Below are positions 8,035 through 15,730 of a DNA stretch of 64,000 bases, in pieces. The notes beneath the pieces are model-generated. The model did not search any database, was not told where the DNA came from, and saw only the letters and a program-made list of their open reading frames with translations. Location: IMG/VR virus record IMGVR_UViG_3300045988_080466; one strand, 5' to 3'. The stretch is from a virus. The translations under genes were made by a program, and so were the position numbers. The stretch's first letter is position 1. Each line of letters begins with the position of its first letter.

Positions 8035-8065
8035 AAAGGTGGTACTGCAATACCACCTTTTTTTA
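8035..8065 (+). terminator. rho-independent terminator
   Basis: aaaggtggta (8035-8044) / taccaccttt (8051-8060), a perfect 10-bp stem with a 6-nt loop, running into a T7 tract. Confidence 0.7.
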
Positions 8066-8085
8066 TTAATCTTAGAAAATAATCA

Positions 8086-8093
8086 TATCTTTG
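8086..8093 (+). promoter_or_regulatory. -7 box TAtcTTTG with no ORF downstream
   Basis: TAnnTTTG match 20 nt after the terminator. Downstream 8094..8299 has no credible + strand ORF. Confidence 0.3.
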
Positions 8094-8202
8094 CATAGAT
8101 AATCATAAACATAGCCCCTCGCAAACATTATGAGATAATTAATAGTCCACGAGATTAATTAGTTATTCACGGTTCTAGCGGGAACTGGACTACTTTTATT
8201 TC
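8094..8202 (+). ncRNA. candidate small non-coding RNA
   Basis: Preceded by a -7 box. Interrupted stem: tagtcca (8143-8149) and gttc (8172-8175) pair with gaactggacta (8182-8192), followed by cttttatttc. The bulge carries the 16-mer agattaattagttatt (8152-8167), which is also found at 7829-7844. Confidence 0.25.
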
Positions 8203-8299
8203 TACAAAGTTACTAAAAATCAGTTACTTAACAAAATAGATAATGTTAAAATATATTACAACTCATTACGCCAATCTTTTAGTCTTATTGGTTCATTTC

Positions 8300-8569
8300 T
8301 TATATTCTTGGAAAGTCATCTATTATTGGTCCTCCACCTAATTCATTCAATATCTCTCTTGGAATATACTTAATAGGTTCCCAGTCAGACCTATCATTCT
8401 CTCTTCTAAAAGCATATTCGCTTTCCTTATCGTAACATACCATTATAGTACTGTTCCCGTTCCTAAACAGTGCCATAACATTAACCTGCTTATTTTCTAT
8501 AGTTATTGCTCCACATTTTAATATAGGATGCTTTTGCACTCTAGTCCATTTATTTAATTCATTTTCCAT
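8300..8569 (-). CDS. hypothetical protein (MENEL-start gene 3)
   Basis: ORF track. Start context aaacaaatgaattATGGAAAATGAATTAAA. Confidence 0.6.
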   Translation of the reverse strand: MENELNKWTRVQKHPILKCGAITIENKQVNVMALFRNGNSTIMVCYDKESEYAFRRENDRSDWEPIKYIPREILNELGGGPIIDDFPRI

Positions 8570-8575
8570 AATTCA

Positions 8576-8608
8576 TTTGTTTATTCGTTATTTTAATTAC
8601 TATCTTTG
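8576..8608 (+). promoter_or_regulatory. Bacteroidota-type promoter for 8640..8864
   Basis: TTTG at 8576-8579 and TAtcTTTG at 8601-8608, 21-nt spacer. ATG is 31 nt downstream. Confidence 0.5.
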
Positions 8609-8639
8609 TGGTATTGTTTAACCTTTAAATTGTAAGATT

Positions 8640-8864
8640 ATGCTTAAATGTCCAAACCCTAAATGTTTCAATTCTTCATCCTTTGAAGTAGATAATATAT
8701 CTATTAAAGGTACTAGACCAGGAGCTTATTTAGCTGTCAAGTGTAGCGAATGTGATTGCATTATCGGAATTATTGACAGTGACAATATACCATCCGAATT
8801 GGTGAAACTTAAAGAAGATATTCAGAGATTAGAAAATAAGATAAATACTATTGTCAATGAATAG
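8640..8864 (+). CDS. zinc-ribbon + coiled-coil small protein (copy 2)
   Basis: MLKCPNPKC...KCSECDC gives two Cys pairs. C-terminal LVKLKEDIQRLENKINTI. Same architecture as 5813..6034. Confidence 0.6.
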   Translation: MLKCPNPKCFNSSSFEVDNISIKGTRPGAYLAVKCSECDCIIGIIDSDNIPSELVKLKEDIQRLENKINTIVNE

Positions 8865-9015
8865 CTATACTTCCTAACTTAGGCACTATCATAATATCAC
8901 AATCTAGAAACTGTTGTTTATAAGCATTAACGTATTCTTCTAGTGTTGCTAAAGTGGCATCATATTGCACGTATGCCACTTTAGATTGTTGTTTGTTATT
9001 TAATTCATTTTCCAT
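8854..9015 (-). CDS. hypothetical 53-aa protein (MENEL-start gene 4)
   Basis: Hand-translated, below the track cutoff: MENELNNKQQSKVAYVQYDATLATLEEYVNAYKQQFLDCDIMIVPKLGSIAIH. Start context aaatgaactATGGAAAATGAATTAAA. The 3' end overlaps 8640..8864 by 11 nt. Confidence 0.45.
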   Translation of the reverse strand: MENELNNKQQSKVAYVQYDATLATLEEYVNAYKQQFLDCDIMIVPKLGSIAIH

Positions 9016-9027
9016 AGTTCATTTCAT

Positions 9028-9279
9028 TTATAAGTTATTCCACGTTTCAATATCTGAATGTTTGTTTACAAATGCAAGCTCTATATACATTAATATCCTA
9101 AATTCTTTATTGTCATCAACTGAATCTATATCTTCGACAGTATGTCTAAGGATATTATCTGATACAAGTTCGTTGTATAAACATATAATCTTATCATATT
9201 CTTTATCGCTATATAATTCGGCAAAGAGGGATAACCACCTTTTTTTCTGTTTTAATATTTTATATCTAGTGTCGTTCAT
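9028..9279 (-). CDS. hypothetical protein
   Basis: ORF track. Preferred over the antisense 8954..9289 because of strand context and less repetitive composition. Overlaps the end of the upstream gene by 14 nt. Confidence 0.5.
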   Translation of the reverse strand: MNDTRYKILKQKKRWLSLFAELYSDKEYDKIICLYNELVSDNILRHTVEDIDSVDDNKEFRILMYIELAFVNKHSDIETWNNL

Positions 9280-12229
9280 CTCTAGTTGAGTTTAGCCCAA
9301 ATATAATTGGGATAGATGCTTTATAAATGTTTGGATTATTCCAATCAATATTCATTTTTCCACTTTTATCTATAATACTTGGGTCAAATACTACAGATTT
9401 AGTCTTGGTAGGTAATCCTGATTCCTTCGTTAATCTATAAACAGGAGCATTTTCAAGCAGTAATCTTCTTGTTGCATCTCCTTTCATTTGTTCGATATTA
9501 TCAATAATAATTTCTTCATCTATATCTGGAGTCCGTTCTATCTTTCCAGCACGAATAGCTTCATTTATCATATTAGTGTTAGAGTGCTCTCCGTAATTTC
9601 CATACAATTCTTTATTTTTAAAATGTTTCCATACACTGTATGTTTTTGGCGCAGATAGTAAATATTCACCAGAAAGAACTCCGTTTAGTCCAGTTTGATT
9701 AGATAATTGAATGGCAGAATTTAATCCTCTTTCAGCCACTTTATTGATTGCCTTATTAGAAGATTCATTATCTGTGTGTCCTATCTGAATATTCTTAGTA
9801 TTATTATTTATCCGCAGTTCTGTACGTCCTACTCTTGAATAGCCGTTCTCGTCCTTTACAAAGTCTAATACATTTTGAACATTACTAGATATCTCACTAG
9901 GATTTAATACATTAAATCTTCCATTTGGAGCAGAATTAACAATGTCCCACTTTCTTTGGTTTATAGATTTTTGCAAATCTTGCAGACTTATTCTGGATAA
10001 ATCAACTCCAGCTTCTTGCAATTTAGTGGCTTGCATTTTTTGAACTCCAGAAAGATTGTTCATATTTATTGGGTCTCCTTTAACTCCACCCACATATTTT
10101 AAAAATCTGTCAGTTATATCTGATTTACCCTGAAATTGTGGAGCAACAATCCCTAATTTTCGGCTGTTAGTAAAATCTCTAACAACTTTACTACCTACTT
10201 GTTTTAATGCCTTTGCAGGCTTTTCAATAAAATTAGGTAAAGCTAACAATCCTGCACCCAAAGCTGCTTGCCCATAATTACCAGATGTAGTATCTTGGTA
10301 TATATCTTTAGCTGATTCTATATCTCCTAATGGAGTAGTTGCAGATAATATCTCTTTACCTATATTACCAACAGTTCTCCTTCCTCTATCTACAGCACCA
10401 GCAAGATTAATATTTCTAGGAGTAACTGTTACTTCTGGAAGAGTGACATTATTCATGCCATTCTCATTAGTAACTGGCAATACCATATTACCTTTCTTGT
10501 CATAACCTCCTATATATTTAATCCCACTAGAAGGATTTTGATATTTAATAATACCACCTATCTTTAAGTACTTATTAAGTGATAAAGTTCCATTCAAATT
10601 TCTTCTATAAGAATCTTTATCTGCACTATAATTATACTTTCCAGAATTATTTCCATGTAATCTATCTATAAAGTCATTAGTATCTTTAGCATCTAAAGCT
10701 TTATATCTATCATTCAATACTTTTACTTTATAATTAGCATAGTCTTTTAGATTATCAAAGTCTATATAATCAAATCCGTCTTTGTATCTGCTCTTCTTAT
10801 ATTTGGGAGCTATTGAATCACCTGGATGTTTAATTCCACTTAAGTTAAACCCTCTTTCACCTCTAGGGTCTAATCCATAATTACTTTCCAATGCTGCTTG
10901 CCTTACTAAGTTATTAAGATTAGTAGTGGGCAATCCATTTTCTTCTAATGCTTCTTTAAAGATAGGAGTCATTACACTTGCAAACTCCTCAAACTTATTC
11001 CCTGTACTCCCGAATTTATGGGAATAATCTAGGGAAGGCTTCTTTCCTTCTAAGAGCTTACTAACAAATGGATTTACGTTACCAAGAAGCATAGAAGCAA
11101 CAGCACTAGGAGCATATTCTTTAGCAACATCTACAACATTAATAGGCTCTTTAGGTTCTTCTTTAGGAAGAACTTCTTTAACTTTATTAATAACTTTGGT
11201 TACTAATCCATCCTTCGCCTTAATAGTTCCTCCACTTTCTAATTGCTCGCTTCGCGGAGTTACTGAAGTTTCTGGTTTAGGTTTGTAAGACTTATATCTA
11301 CTCCAATCAAAACCAATCAGCTCTTCATTATGAGCATCTGATTTCTCTTGTCTAAATCGTCTTAATATCCTAGCTCTTAACTCTCCTGCATTTTGCAGCT
11401 TTGGAATCTTCATTCCTACTTGAGCTTTAGCTATTTGATTATAGACGTTAGATAATGCTTTCTTATAATTGGGGTCAGTTGCATATCCACCTTTAACTAC
11501 TCTATCAATAAAGTCTCCAGTGAAGGCATTATATCTTTTATTATTTAATAATGATACATGATAATTAGCATAATCATCTATATCTTTAAAGTCTCTAAAG
11601 CTATCATTTACATGGATACTCTTTCCATTAATTACCTCTCTGGTTTTTCTAATAGTTCCTTTCCCCTTTATTCCTCCAAAGTTGAATTTTCCTGATTGAC
11701 TTTTTCCCCAATTACTTTCCAAAGCTGACTGGGCTACTAAGTACTTTGCATATTTAGTATCTAAACCTCTAGCTTTAAGTGCATTTTCAAATGCAGGAGT
11801 CATTGTCTTTATAAATTCATCCTTTGACTTTATATTGATAGGTGCAGATTCTTTATTTTCTACAACAGGAGTTTCTTCCTTAGAAGTGGGAAGAGGTTCT
11901 GTATTTACCTTCTCTTCAACAACTGGCTCTTCTTTTTTCTCCTCTGCTTTAGCCATTACATTCTGCCTATTAGTTTCCAATCTACTTATCGGAAGTTCTT
12001 TAATTTCAACAGTAGCTACAGGCTGTTCAAATACTGGGCCTTCATAAGGAGCTATACTATTATATGTAGTAAATATATTTCCTCCTAACTGTCGTTTAAG
12101 AGTAGTGGGTTTTTTTAAATCAGATGTGGGAGTTGTCGATTTAACAACTTTCTTTCTCATGTCTCGTTTAGTCCCTGTTAGAATTTTATGATTCTTTACT
12201 AACGAAGACTCTTTAAATTTCATCGCCAT
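9266..12229 (-). CDS. large protein with two GH73-type N-acetylglucosaminidase (FlgJ-like) modules; probable virion-associated peptidoglycan hydrolase
   Basis: Two copies of the glucosaminidase signature: LVAQSALESNWGKSQSGKFNFGGIKG (about 11400-11830) and LVRQAALESNYGLDPRGERGFNLSGIKH (about 10590-11010). Each is followed by DYANY(H/K)V..LN. 987 aa. Confidence 0.65.
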   Translation of the reverse strand: MAMKFKESSLVKNHKILTGTKRDMRKKVVKSTTPTSDLKKPTTLKRQLGGNIFTTYNSIAPYEGPVFEQPVATVEIKELPISRLETNRQNVMAKAEEKKEEPVVEEKVNTEPLPTSKEETPVVENKESAPINIKSKDEFIKTMTPAFENALKARGLDTKYAKYLVAQSALESNWGKSQSGKFNFGGIKGKGTIRKTREVINGKSIHVNDSFRDFKDIDDYANYHVSLLNNKRYNAFTGDFIDRVVKGGYATDPNYKKALSNVYNQIAKAQVGMKIPKLQNAGELRARILRRFRQEKSDAHNEELIGFDWSRYKSYKPKPETSVTPRSEQLESGGTIKAKDGLVTKVINKVKEVLPKEEPKEPINVVDVAKEYAPSAVASMLLGNVNPFVSKLLEGKKPSLDYSHKFGSTGNKFEEFASVMTPIFKEALEENGLPTTNLNNLVRQAALESNYGLDPRGERGFNLSGIKHPGDSIAPKYKKSRYKDGFDYIDFDNLKDYANYKVKVLNDRYKALDAKDTNDFIDRLHGNNSGKYNYSADKDSYRRNLNGTLSLNKYLKIGGIIKYQNPSSGIKYIGGYDKKGNMVLPVTNENGMNNVTLPEVTVTPRNINLAGAVDRGRRTVGNIGKEILSATTPLGDIESAKDIYQDTTSGNYGQAALGAGLLALPNFIEKPAKALKQVGSKVVRDFTNSRKLGIVAPQFQGKSDITDRFLKYVGGVKGDPINMNNLSGVQKMQATKLQEAGVDLSRISLQDLQKSINQRKWDIVNSAPNGRFNVLNPSEISSNVQNVLDFVKDENGYSRVGRTELRINNNTKNIQIGHTDNESSNKAINKVAERGLNSAIQLSNQTGLNGVLSGEYLLSAPKTYSVWKHFKNKELYGNYGEHSNTNMINEAIRAGKIERTPDIDEEIIIDNIEQMKGDATRRLLLENAPVYRLTKESGLPTKTKSVVFDPSIIDKSGKMNIDWNNPNIYKASIPIIFGLNSTRDERH

Positions 12230-12298
12230 ATTCTTTTAATCCATTTGTATTGAAAGAGTTTTCTTTTCTTATCCCATACGAATTTCATACTTTAAATT

Positions 12299-12685
12299 TT
12301 AGTTAGGTTGTCCGTAATTTTCATCTAACCATTTTCTAAAAGATTGAGCATCGAAGTTTTCTAATGATTTAATAACTCCTCCTTTTGCATGTTTCCACTT
12401 AGCTGCATTACGAGCAAAATTAGCTCTTTTCTTTTGCAATGGAGTTGCATTTGGATTGTTGAGTACAGACTTAGCATGTTCTTGAACACTCTGTCCTGCC
12501 TTCTTTGCTGATGCTGTAAACTTACCTTTGTTTTCAGGTTTTATATGGATTCCACTTCCACTTTTATGTTTCGGAATCAATCTACCTCCCTTTTTAAAAT
12601 AATCTGCTTGTTCGTAGCTAAGTGAATTTACATAGGCTACGGCTGCTTTGTGCAGTCTGTCCAATAAAGTTTTATTCTCTCCCAT
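12299..12685 (-). CDS. hypothetical lysine-rich basic protein
   Basis: ORF track. FKKGGRLIPKHKSGSGIHIKPENKGKFTASAKKAGQSVQEHA...KKRANFARNAAKWKH. First gene downstream of the minus-strand promoter at 12721..12752. Confidence 0.65.
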   Translation of the reverse strand: MGENKTLLDRLHKAAVAYVNSLSYEQADYFKKGGRLIPKHKSGSGIHIKPENKGKFTASAKKAGQSVQEHAKSVLNNPNATPLQKKRANFARNAAKWKHAKGGVIKSLENFDAQSFRKWLDENYGQPN

Positions 12686-12709
12686 AGTATAATAAAATAA
12701 TTATTTCAT

Positions 12710-12740
12710 TTTGTAGACTACAAAAATATAGCTAAATTTG
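12710..12740 (+). promoter_or_regulatory. Bacteroidota-type promoter heading the long + strand late block
   Basis: TTTG at 12710-12713 and TAaaTTTG at 12733-12740, 19-nt spacer. Confidence 0.5.
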
Positions 12741-12752
12741 CACAATAACAAA
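12721..12752 (-). promoter_or_regulatory. Bacteroidota-type promoter for the minus-strand block, interleaved with the + promoter
   Basis: On the minus strand, TTTG is the reverse complement of caaa at 12749-12752 and TAttTTTG is the reverse complement of 12721-12728, 20-nt spacer. The ATG at 12685 is 36 nt downstream. Palindrome ttgtagactacaa at 12711-12723. Confidence 0.5.
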
Positions 12753-12849
12753 TGAAAGTATGAATTATATGAAATAATGTGGAAAATTTAAGTAAAGATT
12801 TTTAAAACTATTTAACTATTTAAGAATTTAAAGAAACAGAACAATTAGT

Positions 12850-13551
12850 ATGTTAGATTTTATTAAAAAGGTGTTCAATTTTATAAATGGCTTGAATCCT
12901 ACAGTTAAAACCATAATCATAATGGGACTACTGTTTTGGTGTACACAAGTATGTTTAGTAAATCAAAGTAGGCTATTTATAACTGACTACATCGAGTCTG
13001 TTGAGTACAATAACAGAAAATCTGAGGAGTATTCTCTAAAAGTCTCTCCCAAAATTAGGAGACAAGTAGAGAACATTAGGAACAAAGATACAGATGCTTC
13101 AAACGTTCTTCTATTATCTTTTCACAATACCAAGAAAAGTTTACAGGGTTTTTCTTATATGTATTTAACGGCATTAACTGACTCTCCAAGGGGTATAGAT
13201 GATGAAAGTTGCCTTGACATATGGACAAATCTTCCGTATTTACAGTTCTCGGACGAAGTAGAAAAGATTAGAAGAGCCAGCTATTTAAGAATAGATTCGC
13301 TGGAATCTGCAAAAGAAAAGTTTCCGCAATTGTACAAGAAACTAAAGATGAGCGGAGCTTGTGCCGCAGCACTTTACCCGATTGAGGGTATAGATAGCGA
13401 AGGTTTTATAGAACCTGTTGGAATGATTGTCGTGATGTACGACGAACCAAAACGCTATTATTTAGGATATTATAATGAATGTATTGCCCCTTATATTCAA
13501 GTACTTTCCACGCTATTAAATTATAATACAACGTACAAAAATAAACAATGA
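12850..13551 (+). CDS. hypothetical protein with N-terminal TM segment
   Basis: ORF track. TVKTIIIMGLLFWCTQVCLV is a hydrophobic segment. Confidence 0.65.
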   Translation: MLDFIKKVFNFINGLNPTVKTIIIMGLLFWCTQVCLVNQSRLFITDYIESVEYNNRKSEEYSLKVSPKIRRQVENIRNKDTDASNVLLLSFHNTKKSLQGFSYMYLTALTDSPRGIDDESCLDIWTNLPYLQFSDEVEKIRRASYLRIDSLESAKEKFPQLYKKLKMSGACAAALYPIEGIDSEGFIEPVGMIVVMYDEPKRYYLGYYNECIAPYIQVLSTLLNYNTTYKNKQ

Positions 13552-13554
13552 ATT

Positions 13555-14457
13555 ATGCAAGTCGATAAGAAAAATGGTAATGTATGTTACAATGATGAAG
13601 CACACATCTATTGGAACGAGAATGATGAATCTAGATATATATCAGTTACTACACTAATACACTCTTTTACTCAACCTTTTGATAAGGAATTTTGGAGTGC
13701 CTATAAAGCATTAGAAAAACTTATTCCAAAAGAAAATTGGGCAATAGAAAAGAAATCACTTTTATCTACTAAAAGATTTGATACATCTATATTGGATTTA
13801 TATAATATTGATGCTGGAGTATTTAGTGATACGCAACAAGATATACTAGACGAATGGGATAAGGCTAATAAAGACTCTTGTGAACGAGGTACTGCAATTC
13901 ATGCAGAATTAGAAAATCAATATTACAAGAAGCCGAAGGATATAAGCCTTAAAAAGTACGGACTCGGAGGTAAATTCGAGTGTAAGAAAGGGTACACAGA
14001 ATTAGATATGAAACAGGGAGTTTATCCTGAATATCTAATATCATACGAATCAAAAGACGGAATGTTAAAAATTGCTGGACAGATAGACTTATTAATAAAA
14101 GATGGTAATGACATCTATATTGTGGACTATAAAACCAACAAGAAAATTGACCAGAAATCTGGATTCGATACATCGACAAAGAAAAATGCAACAATGCTTT
14201 ACCCACTTACTAATCTAATGGATTGTAATTATATGCATTACACTATGCAATTAAGCACATATGCTTATATGTTACAGCAATTAAATCCAGAGTTTGTAGT
14301 AAAGCAATTAATATTAGTGCATTATGACCATGATGGCAACGAAACTACATATAATCTCGATTATCTAAAAGAAGATGTAGAGAGAATGTTTAGCTTCCAT
14401 AAGAAAAACATGATTAAGGAAAAACAACGAGCTAAAAGACAAAGGATAGAATATTAA
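13555..14457 (+). CDS. PD-(D/E)XK (RecB/Cas4-like) nuclease
   Basis: ERGTAIHAELE, GQIDLLIKDGNDIYIVDYKTNKK (D...D-Y-K core) and QLSTYAYML (QxxxY) occur in the canonical order. Confidence 0.7.
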   Translation: MQVDKKNGNVCYNDEAHIYWNENDESRYISVTTLIHSFTQPFDKEFWSAYKALEKLIPKENWAIEKKSLLSTKRFDTSILDLYNIDAGVFSDTQQDILDEWDKANKDSCERGTAIHAELENQYYKKPKDISLKKYGLGGKFECKKGYTELDMKQGVYPEYLISYESKDGMLKIAGQIDLLIKDGNDIYIVDYKTNKKIDQKSGFDTSTKKNATMLYPLTNLMDCNYMHYTMQLSTYAYMLQQLNPEFVVKQLILVHYDHDGNETTYNLDYLKEDVERMFSFHKKNMIKEKQRAKRQRIEY

Positions 14458-14570
14458 TCTTAGTAGAGAAGAATAAATTTAAGGAGCATTTTTAAAGCCT
14501 TATATAACGCTTTAAATGTTAAGCAATGTAATAGAGATTCGAACGGATTAATATATCCTTATTTATAGAC

Positions 14571-14837
14571 ATGAATGTAGGACATATTGTAACTGGACAC
14601 TTAAATGAAGTTCTCAATTTGAAACAAGATATTTCAAAAAAGAGACTAGAGATATGTAAAACATGTCCCTTATTTACTCCTAAACTAGGAGGAATGTGTA
14701 ATAGAAGATTATGGTATAATGCCCAGACGGGAGATGTAAGTACAGTTAAATTAGATGGATATGTGCGAGGATGTGGATGTAGACTAAAAGCAAAAACCAC
14801 AATGTCAAGAGAATCTTGCCCCGCAGGAAAATGGTAA
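14571..14837 (+). CDS. small Cys-rich (metal-binding?) protein
   Basis: CKTCPLF...GMCNRR...GCGCRLKAKT...CPAGKW. Preferred over the antisense ORF 14519..14800. Confidence 0.55.
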   Translation: MNVGHIVTGHLNEVLNLKQDISKKRLEICKTCPLFTPKLGGMCNRRLWYNAQTGDVSTVKLDGYVRGCGCRLKAKTTMSRESCPAGKW

Positions 14838-14860
14838 AAATTTTAAAATGTAAATGAATT

Positions 14861-15481
14861 ATGGCACACAACCCAGCAGAATACGAAAAAGTAAAAATAG
14901 CACAAGAATTAGTAGGATTAGACTCAGGAGACCAACACTTTGTAATGTCAGCTGAAGAAAACGTTCAAGAGAGAATGGCAAGAGACGCAGCTGTTAGATT
15001 TAATGACAGTGTTGATGAGTACACAGCTAAAATGGATAACTATATTAGAGACGTAGAAGAAAAGGCAAAGAGTATTGCTGAAAACATGAATGGATTAGAA
15101 ATCCTTCCAGTCTTTAACTATATGATAGTAAGACCTTATGACCAGAATCCTTATCAAAAAATTAAGGTTTCATCTTCTGGACTTATCTATGACTTGGGTG
15201 GTCACAAACCTGAATTTAAAAATCCTGATAACGGACAACTGGAAGAAGAAGAAAACTTCATTGTTGTAGGTAAAGTAATTGAAGTAGGTCCTGAAACTAA
15301 GTACGTTAGAGAAGGAGATGATGTATTCTTTACTAAACCTTCACAGACTCCTATACCATTCTTCAAGATGGGACTTGTCTATGTAAGTGAACAACGTGTT
15401 CTTGCAGTAGTAAATGAAAAACTTAAAGCTCGTTTCATGAGAGCATCAGAAGGAAAACTTAAAGCATACAATAAATTTTAA
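14861..15481 (+). CDS. GroES / gp31-like co-chaperonin domain protein with ~85-aa N-terminal extension
   Basis: C-terminal ~115 aa is collinear with GroES: MIVRP.., SSSGLIY (cf. TASGIVLP), VGKVIEVGP (cf. GEVVAVGP), VREGDDVFF (cf. VKVGDKVLF), SEQRVLAVV (cf. RESDILAVI). Confidence 0.5.
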   Translation: MAHNPAEYEKVKIAQELVGLDSGDQHFVMSAEENVQERMARDAAVRFNDSVDEYTAKMDNYIRDVEEKAKSIAENMNGLEILPVFNYMIVRPYDQNPYQKIKVSSSGLIYDLGGHKPEFKNPDNGQLEEEENFIVVGKVIEVGPETKYVREGDDVFFTKPSQTPIPFFKMGLVYVSEQRVLAVVNEKLKARFMRASEGKLKAYNKF

Positions 15482-15483
15482 TT

Positions 15484-15729
15484 ATGGAAGAGAAAATATA
15501 CTTTTTGCCTGGCGATGTGGTAACACTACGTCAGGCAATTCCTTATAAGCCAACTATGATTGTTGTGAAGAAGGAAACTAAGATAATCAGCCCACGTAAA
15601 TCAGCAGGTATTGACAAATTTACAGGGGGAAAGGAAGATTGCCTGAAAGGAATTAAATGTAGATGGTTCACATCTAATGGTGAATTACAAGAAGCAGTAT
15701 TTAATACCAAGGATTTAATAAAACTATAA
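15484..15729 (+). CDS. hypothetical protein
   Basis: ORF track. 2-nt intergenic gaps on both sides. Confidence 0.6.
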   Translation: MEEKIYFLPGDVVTLRQAIPYKPTMIVVKKETKIISPRKSAGIDKFTGGKEDCLKGIKCRWFTSNGELQEAVFNTKDLIKL

Positions 15730-15730
15730 A

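Noticed and set aside
8954-9289. 111-aa + strand ORF
   Set aside because: Ser/Leu/Cys-rich low-complexity translation, antisense to the more plausible 9028..9279 (-) and lying inside a minus-strand operon.
14519-14800. 93-aa minus-strand ORF
   Set aside because: It is antisense to the Cys-rich gene 14571..14837, which sits in the + strand operon with proper spacing.
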